From IMG/VR virus record IMGVR_UViG_3300003410_000004: a stretch of DNA of 64,000 nucleotides, one strand, 5' to 3'. Below the pieces are notes generated by a model. It saw only the letters and a program-made list of their open reading frames with translations, was not told the origin of the DNA and ran no database searches. Shown here in pieces: positions 20,297-30,356 of this stretch. This DNA is from an uncultured virus (IMG/VR IMGVR_UViG_3300003410_000004) (lineage: Duplodnaviria > Heunggongvirae > Uroviricota > Caudoviricetes). Each line of letters opens with the position of its first letter. The first letter of the stretch is position 1. Made by a program: the position numbers and the translations under genes.

Positions 20297-21454
20297 TTGA
20301 AAGAAGATGTAAACGTGAAGAAACCTTGGCAAAAGGGGTATGAGTTAGAGTTCCTCAAAGGTATTGAAAAACTCTATGAAGATTGGAACAGTTACACACT
20401 AGGACCTTTCGCTCAGTATAAAAAGAATAATATAGCAGAAGACATGCACAATCTATCCTTAATGTTTCAGACTGATAAGGATGGTTCTTTTAAGATGATG
20501 TGCAGTCGAAAAGAAGTTCGTAGTAATGGATTCATCAAGAATGGTGATCTTCCATTGATGATGAAAGTGAAAGGTGATTATGTATTTTCCCACTTTACTT
20601 CCCCAGAAGCAGTATCTCTCACGCAACAGTATCGTGATAAGAACTGTCATGCGCTTTGTTTCTCAGAAGATAAAGCGATGCGTAACGCACTTGATCAAGA
20701 GGGATTCCGCTTCATAGGTGGTAAGGTAACCTCATTCGGAGAAATCTACTCAATCTATTTCCGTGATGCTAGTAATTCACTAGAAAGGCGCGATGGGTGT
20801 GGATATCTGTTCCATGAAACTCTTGCCTTAGAAAAGTGCAAATATGAGTTTGACATTGACAGTCAGATGATCTATAATGAGATGTTAAGTATTTGGAATG
20901 AGTGGGAAGACCACTACTCCAATTACAACAAGAAACATACTTGGTCTGCATTCGCTGTTCGTGGATATTCGGAAGACCCACTTTATATTGCTAAACCATC
21001 TGAGTTGAGTAAGAAGTGGAAAGAAGAGAATCCACAATGGGAAAATATGGTCATCACAGACACACCAATTAGGTCACAATTTGTATACCTAAATGAACTG
21101 CTCAAGAATTTTGAGGAGTTGGGTGAGTTGCATCGAGTTCGTTTCATGAAACTATCACCTAATGGTGGTGAGTTGGAACGACACACTGACCTTGTAGATA
21201 AAGATTCTGGTGTAGATGATGGGAAAATAATTCGCCTACATATACCAGTAAAGACAAATCCAAAAGTAGAATTTACTGCTTGGAATTGGGATGGTGAACC
21301 GAAAACGGTTCATATGAAAGAGAATGAACTTTGGTATCTGGATACCCGCAAACCACACCGCGCAATTAATGGTGGTGATGAGGAACGTATCCACTTAGTA
21401 ATTGATTTGGAAGCGAATGTACACAGCAGAAGATTACTTGGAATTGGTGAGTGA
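20297..21454 (+). CDS. AspH-family 2OG-Fe(II) hydroxylase with an extra N-terminal (possibly GNAT-like) domain
   Basis: C-terminal RVRFMKL.P.GELERHTD, RLHIP..TN, PHRAINGG...RIHLVID. Confidence 0.75.
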   Translation: MKEDVNVKKPWQKGYELEFLKGIEKLYEDWNSYTLGPFAQYKKNNIAEDMHNLSLMFQTDKDGSFKMMCSRKEVRSNGFIKNGDLPLMMKVKGDYVFSHFTSPEAVSLTQQYRDKNCHALCFSEDKAMRNALDQEGFRFIGGKVTSFGEIYSIYFRDASNSLERRDGCGYLFHETLALEKCKYEFDIDSQMIYNEMLSIWNEWEDHYSNYNKKHTWSAFAVRGYSEDPLYIAKPSELSKKWKEENPQWENMVITDTPIRSQFVYLNELLKNFEELGELHRVRFMKLSPNGGELERHTDLVDKDSGVDDGKIIRLHIPVKTNPKVEFTAWNWDGEPKTVHMKENELWYLDTRKPHRAINGGDEERIHLVIDLEANVHSRRLLGIGE

Positions 21455-22184
21455 TTGGGAAGACCCTAATCCTGCACCTGTCGTAGAACTTATTGAAGGG
21501 GTTCATGTTGTTCGTGACGATCTTCTTCCTGCAGGTTCTAAACAACGATTCATCGATAAACTAATCCGCGACACCGACTGCGAAGAGTGGGTGTTTGGTG
21601 GATCAAACAAGGTTGGGTGGGGTCCTATCTCACTCGCCTACGTCTGTCAGAGATATGGTAAGAAATCTACCTGTTTCTGGGCAGAGCGTAAAGAACCCAC
21701 TTGGCATCAACAAAAGTACATGGAGTATGGTGGTGCTATTGAATGGGTAAAAATGGGTATGCTTTCTGTAACCCTTTCTCGTGCAGAGAAGTATCGTAGA
21801 GAGAGTCCTAGTACACGCACAACCCTTCCCCTCGGACTTGAACATGACACTGTACTTGGTTCTATCATCAAGGTAGCAAGAAACTTACCAGTTGTTCCTG
21901 ACGTAATATGGACAGTAGGATCATCTGGTACTTTGTCGAGAGGGTTACAGTTAGCATTTCCCGATGCAGAAGTACACGTTGTACAAACTGGTCACAAGAT
22001 GGATGAACGTCAACTTGGTCGTGCAATCCTTCATGAAGCGCCATACAAGTACGACAAACCAGTAAAAGTAAAAGATGCACCTCCATTCCCATCTGCACCA
22101 GAATATGATGCGAAGGGGTGGAAACCAATGCTTGAAAATATGGATAGAAGTAAAGTTAACTTATTTTGGAATGTTGCGGCATGA
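21417..22184 (+). CDS. PLP-dependent fold-type II enzyme (PALP-like)
   Basis: VVRDDLL.AGSKQR lysine motif, VGSSGTLSRG loop, YDAK, LFWNV. Confidence 0.75.
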   Translation: MYTAEDYLELVSDWEDPNPAPVVELIEGVHVVRDDLLPAGSKQRFIDKLIRDTDCEEWVFGGSNKVGWGPISLAYVCQRYGKKSTCFWAERKEPTWHQQKYMEYGGAIEWVKMGMLSVTLSRAEKYRRESPSTRTTLPLGLEHDTVLGSIIKVARNLPVVPDVIWTVGSSGTLSRGLQLAFPDAEVHVVQTGHKMDERQLGRAILHEAPYKYDKPVKVKDAPPFPSAPEYDAKGWKPMLENMDRSKVNLFWNVAA

Positions 22185-22804
22185 GTCTAACTCTACCTCT
22201 AGTCAATGTCAAAAAAATTCATTTCGGAGATTTAGTTCAGGAAAGAATTCATCATGTTTTTTCTGGTGAATATTCATATCACTTTTTAAACAAATACTCA
22301 CCTCAAGAATATGATGTTGATGGAACTATACTTAAAGATGAACTTGAACTCGCTTCATGGTCTGGAGATACTAAAAGAGATGGAACTAGACTGTGGAATG
22401 ATGAATTAACTAGATTAATCTGGATTTCATGTTGTGAAGAATTTGGAATTAATCCATTTTCATTTGTTGAGCGTTGTTATTTAAATGCACAAACTAAAGG
22501 TCAAGTATCTTACTGGCATCCAGATTCTGGATTTGAAAATACTCCAAAATTTACAATATTATATTATCCATCTATTAATAATAGACAGGAACATAGAGGA
22601 ACTGAGTTTTTAGTTGATGGTAAAGTTGAATATATTCCTTATCATACTGGTTCTGCGGTAATGTTTAGAACTGATTTATGGCATAGAGGTTTAGATACCG
22701 ACAGCACACTAAGTCCAAGGAATACATTAGTATTTCACACTATAGATTTGACTAAAACTGGAAGAAAACTATTTGAGGGAACATTAGGATACAATTATGA
22801 TTGA
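22181..22804 (+). CDS. 2OG-Fe(II) oxygenase
   Basis: RCYLN, WHPD, WHRG, R.TLVF. Confidence 0.8.
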   Translation: MSLTLPLVNVKKIHFGDLVQERIHHVFSGEYSYHFLNKYSPQEYDVDGTILKDELELASWSGDTKRDGTRLWNDELTRLIWISCCEEFGINPFSFVERCYLNAQTKGQVSYWHPDSGFENTPKFTILYYPSINNRQEHRGTEFLVDGKVEYIPYHTGSAVMFRTDLWHRGLDTDSTLSPRNTLVFHTIDLTKTGRKLFEGTLGYNYD

Positions 22805-23273
22805 ACAAACTGATTTAAAATTTCCATTTACACTAAATCAATGGTGTAAAGTAAAGTACAAAACATATGCATTTTTTCAACCCAATCTGGGGTCTATGTA
22901 TGCTACAGAAATGCAAACTAGATTATACCAAAAGTCATATCCACTAAATAAATGTCCTATTACTAGGGGGTTATTTAGAATCGCTTTCAAAAGTTTTGAA
23001 GAAAAGAAAGGTATTCTTAATCTCGATGAATTTTTGTTAGTGTCTCATAATGCACTAGTTCCAGAAAGAATTGAATTTAAGCGAGTATCAACCCGATATA
23101 TTATATGTTTATCTGAGTGCGATTCTGAAATTGCATTTGATACTCAAGTAGAAAAGTGTGGATATTTGAGAGTTTTTAAAGTTCCTGCGGGAGTAAACAT
23201 TCTATTAAGAGAACACTCAGATATTCAAGATACTGGAGTATATTTAATAGGAGCGGCAAGTGACTATTCGTAA
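22797..23273 (+). CDS. Hypothetical protein
   Basis: Overlap-coupled AT-rich ORF; no recognised motif. Confidence 0.55.
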   Translation: MIEQTDLKFPFTLNQWCKVKYKTYAFFQPNLGSMYATEMQTRLYQKSYPLNKCPITRGLFRIAFKSFEEKKGILNLDEFLLVSHNALVPERIEFKRVSTRYIICLSECDSEIAFDTQVEKCGYLRVFKVPAGVNILLREHSDIQDTGVYLIGAASDYS

Positions 23274-23913
23274 AAAAGAAACTCCAATTATTGATACTGA
23301 TGAGATTTTTCCTATGATTGACATAAACACAAAGACAGACCGCGCTTATGTGCAAATTATCGACAACTCTTTCCCATCAGAAGTTGTAGAAGAAATTGAT
23401 GAATATATTAAATCACATTACATGTTCCAGTATGGACATAGTGGTAAAGGTAAGCAGAGTGGTGACGCTTTATTTTATGTTGCTGATATGTACCAAATAA
23501 ATGGAATCAATTACAAAATCCAAGAAGACCCCATTGTATCATTTATTCGCGAGAGTGGATTTGCTATGTTCGGTATCAGAGTTAAAGAATATGAAAGGGA
23601 ATATGTAAATCTTCAGACATATAAGCATGATGGTGGATGGCACACTGATATTGGAAATCTAGGAGATAATGAATTTGGTGATCATAGTCCTGATTTGTAC
23701 ACTATGCTTTACATGCCTAACTATAATGTAAATGGTACTAGTGGACAATTTGAATTGCGGTTACCTGATGGTGAAGAGATTAAAGTTGATTATGTTCCAG
23801 GCAGACTCTTGTTGTTTAGATCAGAACTATGGCATCGTGGAATGTCTTCAACCCAATTGGGTGCGGTTAGAACAACATTAGCATTTAAATGTGTGAGGAT
23901 ACATCTTGACTAA
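23260..23913 (+). CDS. 2OG-Fe(II) oxygenase
   Basis: REYVN, WHTD, PGRLLLF, WHRG, RTTLAFK. Confidence 0.82.
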   Translation: MTIRKKETPIIDTDEIFPMIDINTKTDRAYVQIIDNSFPSEVVEEIDEYIKSHYMFQYGHSGKGKQSGDALFYVADMYQINGINYKIQEDPIVSFIRESGFAMFGIRVKEYEREYVNLQTYKHDGGWHTDIGNLGDNEFGDHSPDLYTMLYMPNYNVNGTSGQFELRLPDGEEIKVDYVPGRLLLFRSELWHRGMSSTQLGAVRTTLAFKCVRIHLD

Positions 23914-24334
23914 ATTTCATTATGCTCACATGCGCACCGCATTTGAATATGCTAAACTGAGTACTGCAGTTCGCAGACTAGTTGGTTGTATTATCGTTAA
24001 AGATAATCGGATCATTTCAATTGGGTATAATGGTATGCCTTCTGGTTGGACAAACACTTGTGAGATTACGGTTGATGGTGTACTCAAAACAAAACCTGAA
24101 GTGCTACATGCAGAAACTAATGCAATTGCTAAACTCGCAAGATCACCTGAGAGTGGTGAGGGAGCATCTCTGTTCGTTACCGATTCACCTTGTCTAGATT
24201 GTGCGAAACTAATCTATCAGGCAGGAATCACAGAATTATACTATTCTCGTGAATATCATTGCCTTAAAGGGGTTGACTTTCTCCGTGAAGCAGGTATAAT
24301 AGTGTCCAATATACCTGAAACTGACCTAAAGTAG
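23906..24334 (+). CDS. cd: dCMP deaminase
   Basis: IGYNG, HAETNAI, PCLDC. Confidence 0.92.
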   Translation: MTKFHYAHMRTAFEYAKLSTAVRRLVGCIIVKDNRIISIGYNGMPSGWTNTCEITVDGVLKTKPEVLHAETNAIAKLARSPESGEGASLFVTDSPCLDCAKLIYQAGITELYYSREYHCLKGVDFLREAGIIVSNIPETDLK

Positions 24335-24342
24335 ATCATATA

Positions 24343-25929
24343 ATGTCCAATAATTTTTATGAGCGAAATGACTACGTTCTAAACCACGATATCAATAAGT
24401 ACTTTGAAGAAGTGCTATGGATGACTGACGATGAGTTTGAGCAGTGGGTTCGTGACTTTCGCAGAGTGATTGCAGAGGTATGGGATACACATGGTAACCC
24501 CCCTCGCGTTGGATGGATGGAAGATGAGATTGTAGAACAGTTCAATAAACTATCTGCGTTTCCATCACATAAACTTCTGTTCACAGATGAATATACTGGT
24601 GAAGAGAATATCATTCGTCCTACTTCCAATCTTGGTAATGCCGCTAACCAGTGGTTCCCTACCATGATGAAAACCAAGATCGTGTACAATAAGATCGAAT
24701 CAGCAGTATCCATCTACGATCATTTTGTTCGTGAAGATTTGTTCGATAAGGTTCACTTGTATGCGAAGCGACACTTCAAACGTGACTCATTCTACAATCA
24801 CGGTTTACCAGTTCGCGTAAACAATAAAGTAGAAGTGAACGGTCAAGTACATTTAACTACAACTGGAACTGAGTTCATCAAGTGGTTTGAGAATAATATT
24901 CGTGACTATGATACTCATGACTACTGGTTGAAACCAGATAAAGACGTAGACTACTCTGGATACCGCACAGATATTCAAGAAGAGAAGGTGGATTGGATTC
25001 GTTTGTCTCGCGAAGAGATTGCTGACCTAAATATACCAGATAAATGTAAAGTGAACATGGTGGATGATTACGATATCTACCAAGTCATACTGTTTAAGAA
25101 GAAGCAGAAAGTTTTCCCTGCAGGGTTCAAAGCGTTTCGTGTTTCATGGTGTCAGTATGCGGTGAACTTTCCACCACTTGTAGCGAAATTTTTATATGAA
25201 AGATACACAAACCACATTAAAGACCAAGATCGAATCAACATTTTCGATCCTTCTAGCGGTTGGGGTGGTAGGATTCTCGGTGCTATGTCTGTTCGCGATG
25301 ATCGGAACATTCATTATATTGGGACTGATCCTAACACCGATCATAATTGTCTCGATTCTGATGGACACAGAACTACGAAATATGAAGAGTTGGCGAAGTT
25401 CTTTAACACAAAAACATACAGAGCATATGGGTTAGAACCCCACACTAATACTTACGATGTATATCAACTAGGTTCAGAAGTTATTGGAGATGACCCCGAA
25501 TTCAAGAAGAAATATGAGAAAGACCTTGACCTCGTGTTCACCTCGCCTCCTTATTTTGCGAAAGAGGCGTACTCGGAAGATGAAACCCAAAGTTACAAAA
25601 AGTTCGGAGAGTACATGGTTTGGGTGGAGGGATTCCTAAGACCAACCCTTGAGACTGCAGTTAAGAATTTAAAGAGTGACAGATATCTTCTATGGAACAT
25701 TGCTGATGCGAAGTTCGGTAGTGATATGCTACCACTAGAGGAAGACAGTCGTAAGATTTTAGAAGAATTGGGTATGGAGTATGTCGAGACAATGAAACTC
25801 GCTCTCGCTCAGATGCCTGGCGGTAATCGAATCGACAAAGAGACAGGATTACCAAACGTTAAGAACTTCTGCAAGGTTAATAACTTGTGGTTGAAGTACG
25901 AACCAATATTTGTTTACAGGAAACCATAA
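24343..25929 (+). CDS. DNA amino-methyltransferase-like protein (m4C/m6A type) with long N-terminal region
   Basis: FDPSSGWGG (motif I), IGTDPN (II), FTSPPY (IV). Confidence 0.8.
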   Translation: MSNNFYERNDYVLNHDINKYFEEVLWMTDDEFEQWVRDFRRVIAEVWDTHGNPPRVGWMEDEIVEQFNKLSAFPSHKLLFTDEYTGEENIIRPTSNLGNAANQWFPTMMKTKIVYNKIESAVSIYDHFVREDLFDKVHLYAKRHFKRDSFYNHGLPVRVNNKVEVNGQVHLTTTGTEFIKWFENNIRDYDTHDYWLKPDKDVDYSGYRTDIQEEKVDWIRLSREEIADLNIPDKCKVNMVDDYDIYQVILFKKKQKVFPAGFKAFRVSWCQYAVNFPPLVAKFLYERYTNHIKDQDRINIFDPSSGWGGRILGAMSVRDDRNIHYIGTDPNTDHNCLDSDGHRTTKYEELAKFFNTKTYRAYGLEPHTNTYDVYQLGSEVIGDDPEFKKKYEKDLDLVFTSPPYFAKEAYSEDETQSYKKFGEYMVWVEGFLRPTLETAVKNLKSDRYLLWNIADAKFGSDMLPLEEDSRKILEELGMEYVETMKLALAQMPGGNRIDKETGLPNVKNFCKVNNLWLKYEPIFVYRKP

Positions 25930-26630
25930 TGGATAGGTTTGCAGAATTTAAACGAAACGATCATATCAAGTTTGGAAACTACGGACTTGCTATCGATGAC
26001 TTTTGGAAAAATAGTTCATTCGATTTAACTGATCCTCAGAGGTTCGGTTATCAAACTTATCGACACTCTCTGCTACCATATTCAGGAAGAACTGATGCAT
26101 CAACTAGTAATGGATTGAAACTTGCTGATGTGAATTGCGGGAAGGGTTGGGGATTGAAATATCTTCAAGAAGAGTTTTTCTTCTCTGAAATTCATGGGTA
26201 TCAACCAGACGTAGAATTGCACTCTCTCGCTACACAGAACGCCCCTGAAGCGATTATCTTTAATTCTAGTATAACTCAGTCGAACCTAAATGATCATTAT
26301 GATATTGTCATCTCAGTCAACTCTATTATGAACGAAACGTATCCAGTTGAAATGTTCAAAGAGATTTATAAAAGATTAAAGAGTGGCGGTCTTTTCATCA
26401 TGGTAGATAAGGTAAAGAAATCTCATGACGATGAGTATCGTGATTGGATTCGGAACATGACAAATGTTATTGGATTTAAACATGAGACTAATGAGAATGT
26501 GACCACACTGTCTAAAAATGCTTCAAACATTGTTGCTTCTGATTATCGTTGTAATAATCTTTTCGGTGATGTTTCTTGGGAACTTGGCAGAGGAAACACT
26601 ACAATTTATAGGGATTATTTTCGTAAATGA
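25929..26630 (+). CDS. Class I SAM-dependent methyltransferase-like protein
   Basis: LADVNCGKGWG, YDIVIS, RLKSGGLFIMVD. Confidence 0.72.
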   Translation: MDRFAEFKRNDHIKFGNYGLAIDDFWKNSSFDLTDPQRFGYQTYRHSLLPYSGRTDASTSNGLKLADVNCGKGWGLKYLQEEFFFSEIHGYQPDVELHSLATQNAPEAIIFNSSITQSNLNDHYDIVISVNSIMNETYPVEMFKEIYKRLKSGGLFIMVDKVKKSHDDEYRDWIRNMTNVIGFKHETNENVTTLSKNASNIVASDYRCNNLFGDVSWELGRGNTTIYRDYFRK

Positions 26631-27262
26631 GACAAATGATTTTTGATTCGACAATACCAGTGATGACTAGTATTGCAACTACAGTATTACCTAGATATGA
26701 ACTACACGCACAGTTAATGCGCGATGCTTTCAATTATTGTTCAGAACATGGATACATGAACGATGCTCATTCAAATGTACAATCGGTGCATACCCCATAT
26801 AGAACTCACAAATTTTATCCACAATTAGAAGAGTTCAATAAGTTAGTAAAAAGATCACTTGAGCAATACTTCACTGATGTTCTAGGATTCCCACATCCAG
26901 TTCCAATGAGTTGTGAAGAATCTTGGATTATTTCATATGAATCTAGTGAAATGACCAAAAAGCACAATCACTACCCTAATATGATGTCTGCAACTTACTA
27001 TTTTGATGTTGAGGATCAGACTCCAATATTTTTTGAATCTTTTACTGGTTTAACTACTCTGGAAACCCCAATAGTACCTACTAATGGATTATTGCTACTA
27101 TTCCCATCAAACGCCAAACATAGTGTTCCTAGATGTAATGGTAAGCGCGGAACTTGGGCGAGTAATTGGGTTTACGATTTTAATGTAGAAAGAGACGCAT
27201 TTGAAGAGCATAATGAGATGTGGCACGACTATAAAGAAAAACAATCAAAATCTCAAAATTGA
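26627..27262 (+). CDS. Putative 2OG-Fe(II) oxygenase (HxH type)
   Basis: ESW, HNH, SATYY, LLLFPS..KHSV, R. Confidence 0.75.
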   Translation: MRQMIFDSTIPVMTSIATTVLPRYELHAQLMRDAFNYCSEHGYMNDAHSNVQSVHTPYRTHKFYPQLEEFNKLVKRSLEQYFTDVLGFPHPVPMSCEESWIISYESSEMTKKHNHYPNMMSATYYFDVEDQTPIFFESFTGLTTLETPIVPTNGLLLLFPSNAKHSVPRCNGKRGTWASNWVYDFNVERDAFEEHNEMWHDYKEKQSKSQN

Positions 27263-27297
27263 TTGAAAAAAACAATGAAAAAAAGTAAAAAAAGGGG

Positions 27298-27326
27298 TTG
27301 ACTAGTTCGCCCCTTTTCTTTATTAT
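27298..27326 (+). promoter_or_regulatory. Early sigma70 promoter overlapping a terminator-like hairpin
   Basis: A-rich upstream tract, TTGACT-17-TATTAT; AAAGGGG...CCCCTTTT. Confidence 0.8.
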
Positions 27327-27356
27327 GGACATATAGAAATGAGAGAGAGAAATACT

Positions 27357-27674
27357 ATGTTGAAATATGAAAATCTTGCAGAAGTTGGTATGGTTATCCG
27401 TGGTTATGATTTCCGTGGTTCTAAACTTGCTTACCTTGAAGGTAAAGTGATTGCCAAGGGTGCGATTACTCATCCTGAGAACGGTATGTATCTGTTTGAA
27501 GGTTACACCATCAAAGTTGAGACTGACGGTGCTGAGTTTGGTCGTGAGGGTGACGAAGCATACATTCCGTTTGAAACTGGAATGGACTATGATGGTCGTG
27601 TTGAGTTGATCGATACTTGTGACAATGATGCTGAGTATGAGTTGGCAATGATTCAAATGGAGGAGTGTGCATAA
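27357..27674 (+). CDS. Early hypothetical protein
   Basis: ATG after GAGAGAGAG leader, downstream of promoter. Confidence 0.7.
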   Translation: MLKYENLAEVGMVIRGYDFRGSKLAYLEGKVIAKGAITHPENGMYLFEGYTIKVETDGAEFGREGDEAYIPFETGMDYDGRVELIDTCDNDAEYELAMIQMEECA

Positions 27675-27844
27675 TGATGCCTGATAATTACATTCGGTTG
27701 ATGTATGTTCGTTTTGATGATGGTGAGGTGATGTATCACCGTCCACATATGTTCCGCATTCTCGATCTGTTGAGTGTGAGAGACTATTACAGCGTATACG
27801 TTCCTGCAGATGGATACGAAGCGCGACAGGCAGGTTGGGAATGA
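27674..27844 (+). CDS. Hypothetical protein (56 aa, not in track)
   Basis: TAATG coupling; MMPDNYIRLMYVRFDDGEV... Confidence 0.6.
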   Translation: MMPDNYIRLMYVRFDDGEVMYHRPHMFRILDLLSVRDYYSVYVPADGYEARQAGWE

Positions 27845-27969
27845 TTAAGTTTATAGTTGGTACATTCAAATGGTTGTTTGTGTACCCATACCTTTTCTTG
27901 GTTAGTCTTGGTCTGGCATACTTGGGGATGATGATAATTATTTTCATTATTGCCATACTTTTTGCTTGA
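27841..27969 (+). CDS. Small hydrophobic membrane peptide (42 aa, not in track)
   Basis: ATGA coupling; MIKFIVGTFKWLFVYPYLFLVSLGLAYLGMMIIIFIIAILFA. Confidence 0.5.
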   Translation: MIKFIVGTFKWLFVYPYLFLVSLGLAYLGMMIIIFIIAILFA

Positions 27970-27994
27970 CTTCTTGATAAGTATCGTTTAGACT
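27966..27994 (+). promoter_or_regulatory. sigma70-like promoter
   Basis: TTGACT-17-TAGACT preceded by TATTGCC. Confidence 0.7.
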
Positions 27995-28022
27995 GTACAA
28001 GTAACGTGATAGAGAGATTGAT

Positions 28023-30272
28023 ATGAGTGTTGAATTGAAAGAAATTAAGTCAAGTCTTGCGCGACTTCTCGCGAGTGAGAATTTGACTGTCCAACACGCC
28101 AATGTGCGTACCGCATCTTTCAACGTGAAAGATCGCGTTCTTACTTGTCCTACTCTGAAAGATATGGGTAGTGAACTTTACGATACGATCATGGGTCATG
28201 AAGTTGCCCACGCTCTTTGGACACCTGCTGATGGTTGGGGTAAAGAGATCGATGATCTGGGTAAAAACTTCCACGGTTTCTTGAATGTTGTTGAAGATGC
28301 GCGAATTGAACGTTTGATCAAAGCGAAATTCCCAGGACTCAACAAGTCATTCTACAAAGGTTACAACGATCTTCACAACAATCGCGATTTCTTCAAGATT
28401 GCGAATTCTGACGTTGCTGAAATGTTGTTGATTGACCGAATCAATTTGAAAGCAAAACTCGGTTCTTTGCTTGATTATGAGTTCACAGATGAGAAAGAGA
28501 TTGAGTACTTCAATCGTGCTATGACCACTGTGACGTTTGAAGATGTAGTTGAACTCGCTAAAGAGTTGTATGACTACGCGAAAGAAGAGTTGGAAAACCA
28601 AGAGCAAGAGCAAGAGACTCAGATGCCACAGATGGGTGAGCAGTCTGAAGATGGCGAAATGGTCATGGAGATGCCTTCCAACTCTGAGAAGGGAGAAGAA
28701 GAAAATGAGTCTACCGAACAAGGTGAACAAGAGCAATCTGGAAAAGAGTCTGGAGAGCAAGAGCAAGGTGAAGCATCTGAACAGGGTGAAGAAACTAGCG
28801 AACCAGAGACGCAGAAACAGCAAGAGGTAGGGGGTGAAGAAACCACTACCATTACCACTGGTGCTGAAGGTGGACAGTCTGAAGATCAGGAACCACTTGC
28901 AGTCACTGAGCGTAATGCGCGTGAGTCAATGGAAGATTTGATCGCTGAAGAAGATCGTGAAGTAGTTCACCTTAACATGCCTACCAAGATCGACTACAGT
29001 AAAGTGATCATCAAGTCTCAGCAGGTTCATGCTGATTTCTCTGAGTGGTTCAATACTTACTATCGCAACAATGCTTCTAAGGTATGGGAACTCATTCGCT
29101 CAGAAGTCAAGAAGGTTGAATCTTCAAACAAGAAGGTTGTGAACTATCTTGCTAAAGAGTTTGAAATGAAGAAAGCGGCAAAGGAACAAGCGCGAGCATT
29201 CGTTTCTAAAACTGGTCAGTTGAACACCAACAAGTTGTTCTCATACAAGTACAATGAAGACCTGTTCAATCGCAAGACTGAACTGCCAACTGGTAAGAAC
29301 CACGGTATGATGTTCTACCTCGATTGGTCTGGGTCGATGTATCGCCAAATGGGGAACACTCTTGATCAGTTGATCAACTTGGTCATGTTCTGTAAGCGAG
29401 TGAACATTCCTTTTGAGGTTTACGCATTCACTGACCGTTTCGATAACGCGAAACTCCAAGAAGAAGTTCCAAATGAGTTCATGTTGTTCAAAGGATTCCG
29501 CTTGATCCAGTTGTCATCAAGCGCATTGAGCAAGCGTGATTATCAGCGTTCACTTGAAACACTGGTTGCACTCAAGATTGCGTTCACGCGAGACAGTGAA
29601 CTCTACATTCCTTACGATTACTTCCTTGGTGGAACTCCACTGGATTGTGCGGTTGCTACTGCGAATGATCTGATTCCTGAGTTCCAGAAAAAGAATCGGA
29701 TTGAGATTGTCAATGCCGTGTTCCTTACTGATGGGTGTTCACACACTATGGATGATTATTTCACTGGTGACTCTGAGCGTCCTATCCGAACTATTTACGG
29801 TAATACTACTAAGATCATCCGCGACAAAAAGTCTGGTGCGCAGGTTATTCTTGAGAATACACGCGAGGGTGCATACTACCGCCGTGCTACTAACCAACAG
29901 CACACTAAAGCACTCTATGAAATCGTCAAGAAATCAACTGGTGCGACAATGGTTGGATTCCACTTGATCACACCTCGCGATTTCATCAGCGAAATCTACC
30001 GTCCTTACGGTATGTGGGATGAGGGTATGGAAACTCTTAACCAGTTCAAGAAAGAAAAGTCTGCAGTTGTGACACACACTGGATTGGATGAACTCTATGT
30101 GATCAAGGGTGGTAAAGACCTCTCTGTTGATGACGACAATCCACTGGATGAAGTTGACCACACTGCCACTAAAGCGAAACTGAAGTCCGCCTTCAAAAAA
30201 GCAACTAGCGGTAAAGTTGAGAACCGTGTAATCCTCTCGCGGTTCGTTGAAAAAATTGCGGCAAATATGTGA
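28023..30272 (+). CDS. CobT-like protein: HExxH domain, acidic linker, VWA domain
   Basis: HEVAH, NVVEDARIE, MIDAS DWSGS, GGTPL, LTDG. Confidence 0.85.
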   Translation: MSVELKEIKSSLARLLASENLTVQHANVRTASFNVKDRVLTCPTLKDMGSELYDTIMGHEVAHALWTPADGWGKEIDDLGKNFHGFLNVVEDARIERLIKAKFPGLNKSFYKGYNDLHNNRDFFKIANSDVAEMLLIDRINLKAKLGSLLDYEFTDEKEIEYFNRAMTTVTFEDVVELAKELYDYAKEELENQEQEQETQMPQMGEQSEDGEMVMEMPSNSEKGEEENESTEQGEQEQSGKESGEQEQGEASEQGEETSEPETQKQQEVGGEETTTITTGAEGGQSEDQEPLAVTERNARESMEDLIAEEDREVVHLNMPTKIDYSKVIIKSQQVHADFSEWFNTYYRNNASKVWELIRSEVKKVESSNKKVVNYLAKEFEMKKAAKEQARAFVSKTGQLNTNKLFSYKYNEDLFNRKTELPTGKNHGMMFYLDWSGSMYRQMGNTLDQLINLVMFCKRVNIPFEVYAFTDRFDNAKLQEEVPNEFMLFKGFRLIQLSSSALSKRDYQRSLETLVALKIAFTRDSELYIPYDYFLGGTPLDCAVATANDLIPEFQKKNRIEIVNAVFLTDGCSHTMDDYFTGDSERPIRTIYGNTTKIIRDKKSGAQVILENTREGAYYRRATNQQHTKALYEIVKKSTGATMVGFHLITPRDFISEIYRPYGMWDEGMETLNQFKKEKSAVVTHTGLDELYVIKGGKDLSVDDDNPLDEVDHTATKAKLKSAFKKATSGKVENRVILSRFVEKIAANM

Positions 30273-30290
30273 TTATTGCCATAAAAGGGG

Positions 30291-30319
30291 TTGACACCAA
30301 CCCCACTTTTCTATAGAAT
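30291..30319 (+). promoter_or_regulatory. sigma70 promoter inside a hairpin
   Basis: TTGACA-17-TAGAAT; GGGGTTG-ACAC-CAACCCC. Confidence 0.8.
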
Positions 30320-30356
30320 GTATATGTAACGTTGATTGAAAGAGAGAGTATATATT

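Noticed and set aside
27180..27956. 258-aa minus-strand ORF
   Set aside because: Shadow of three coupled plus-strand ORFs and a promoter; no recognisable motif.
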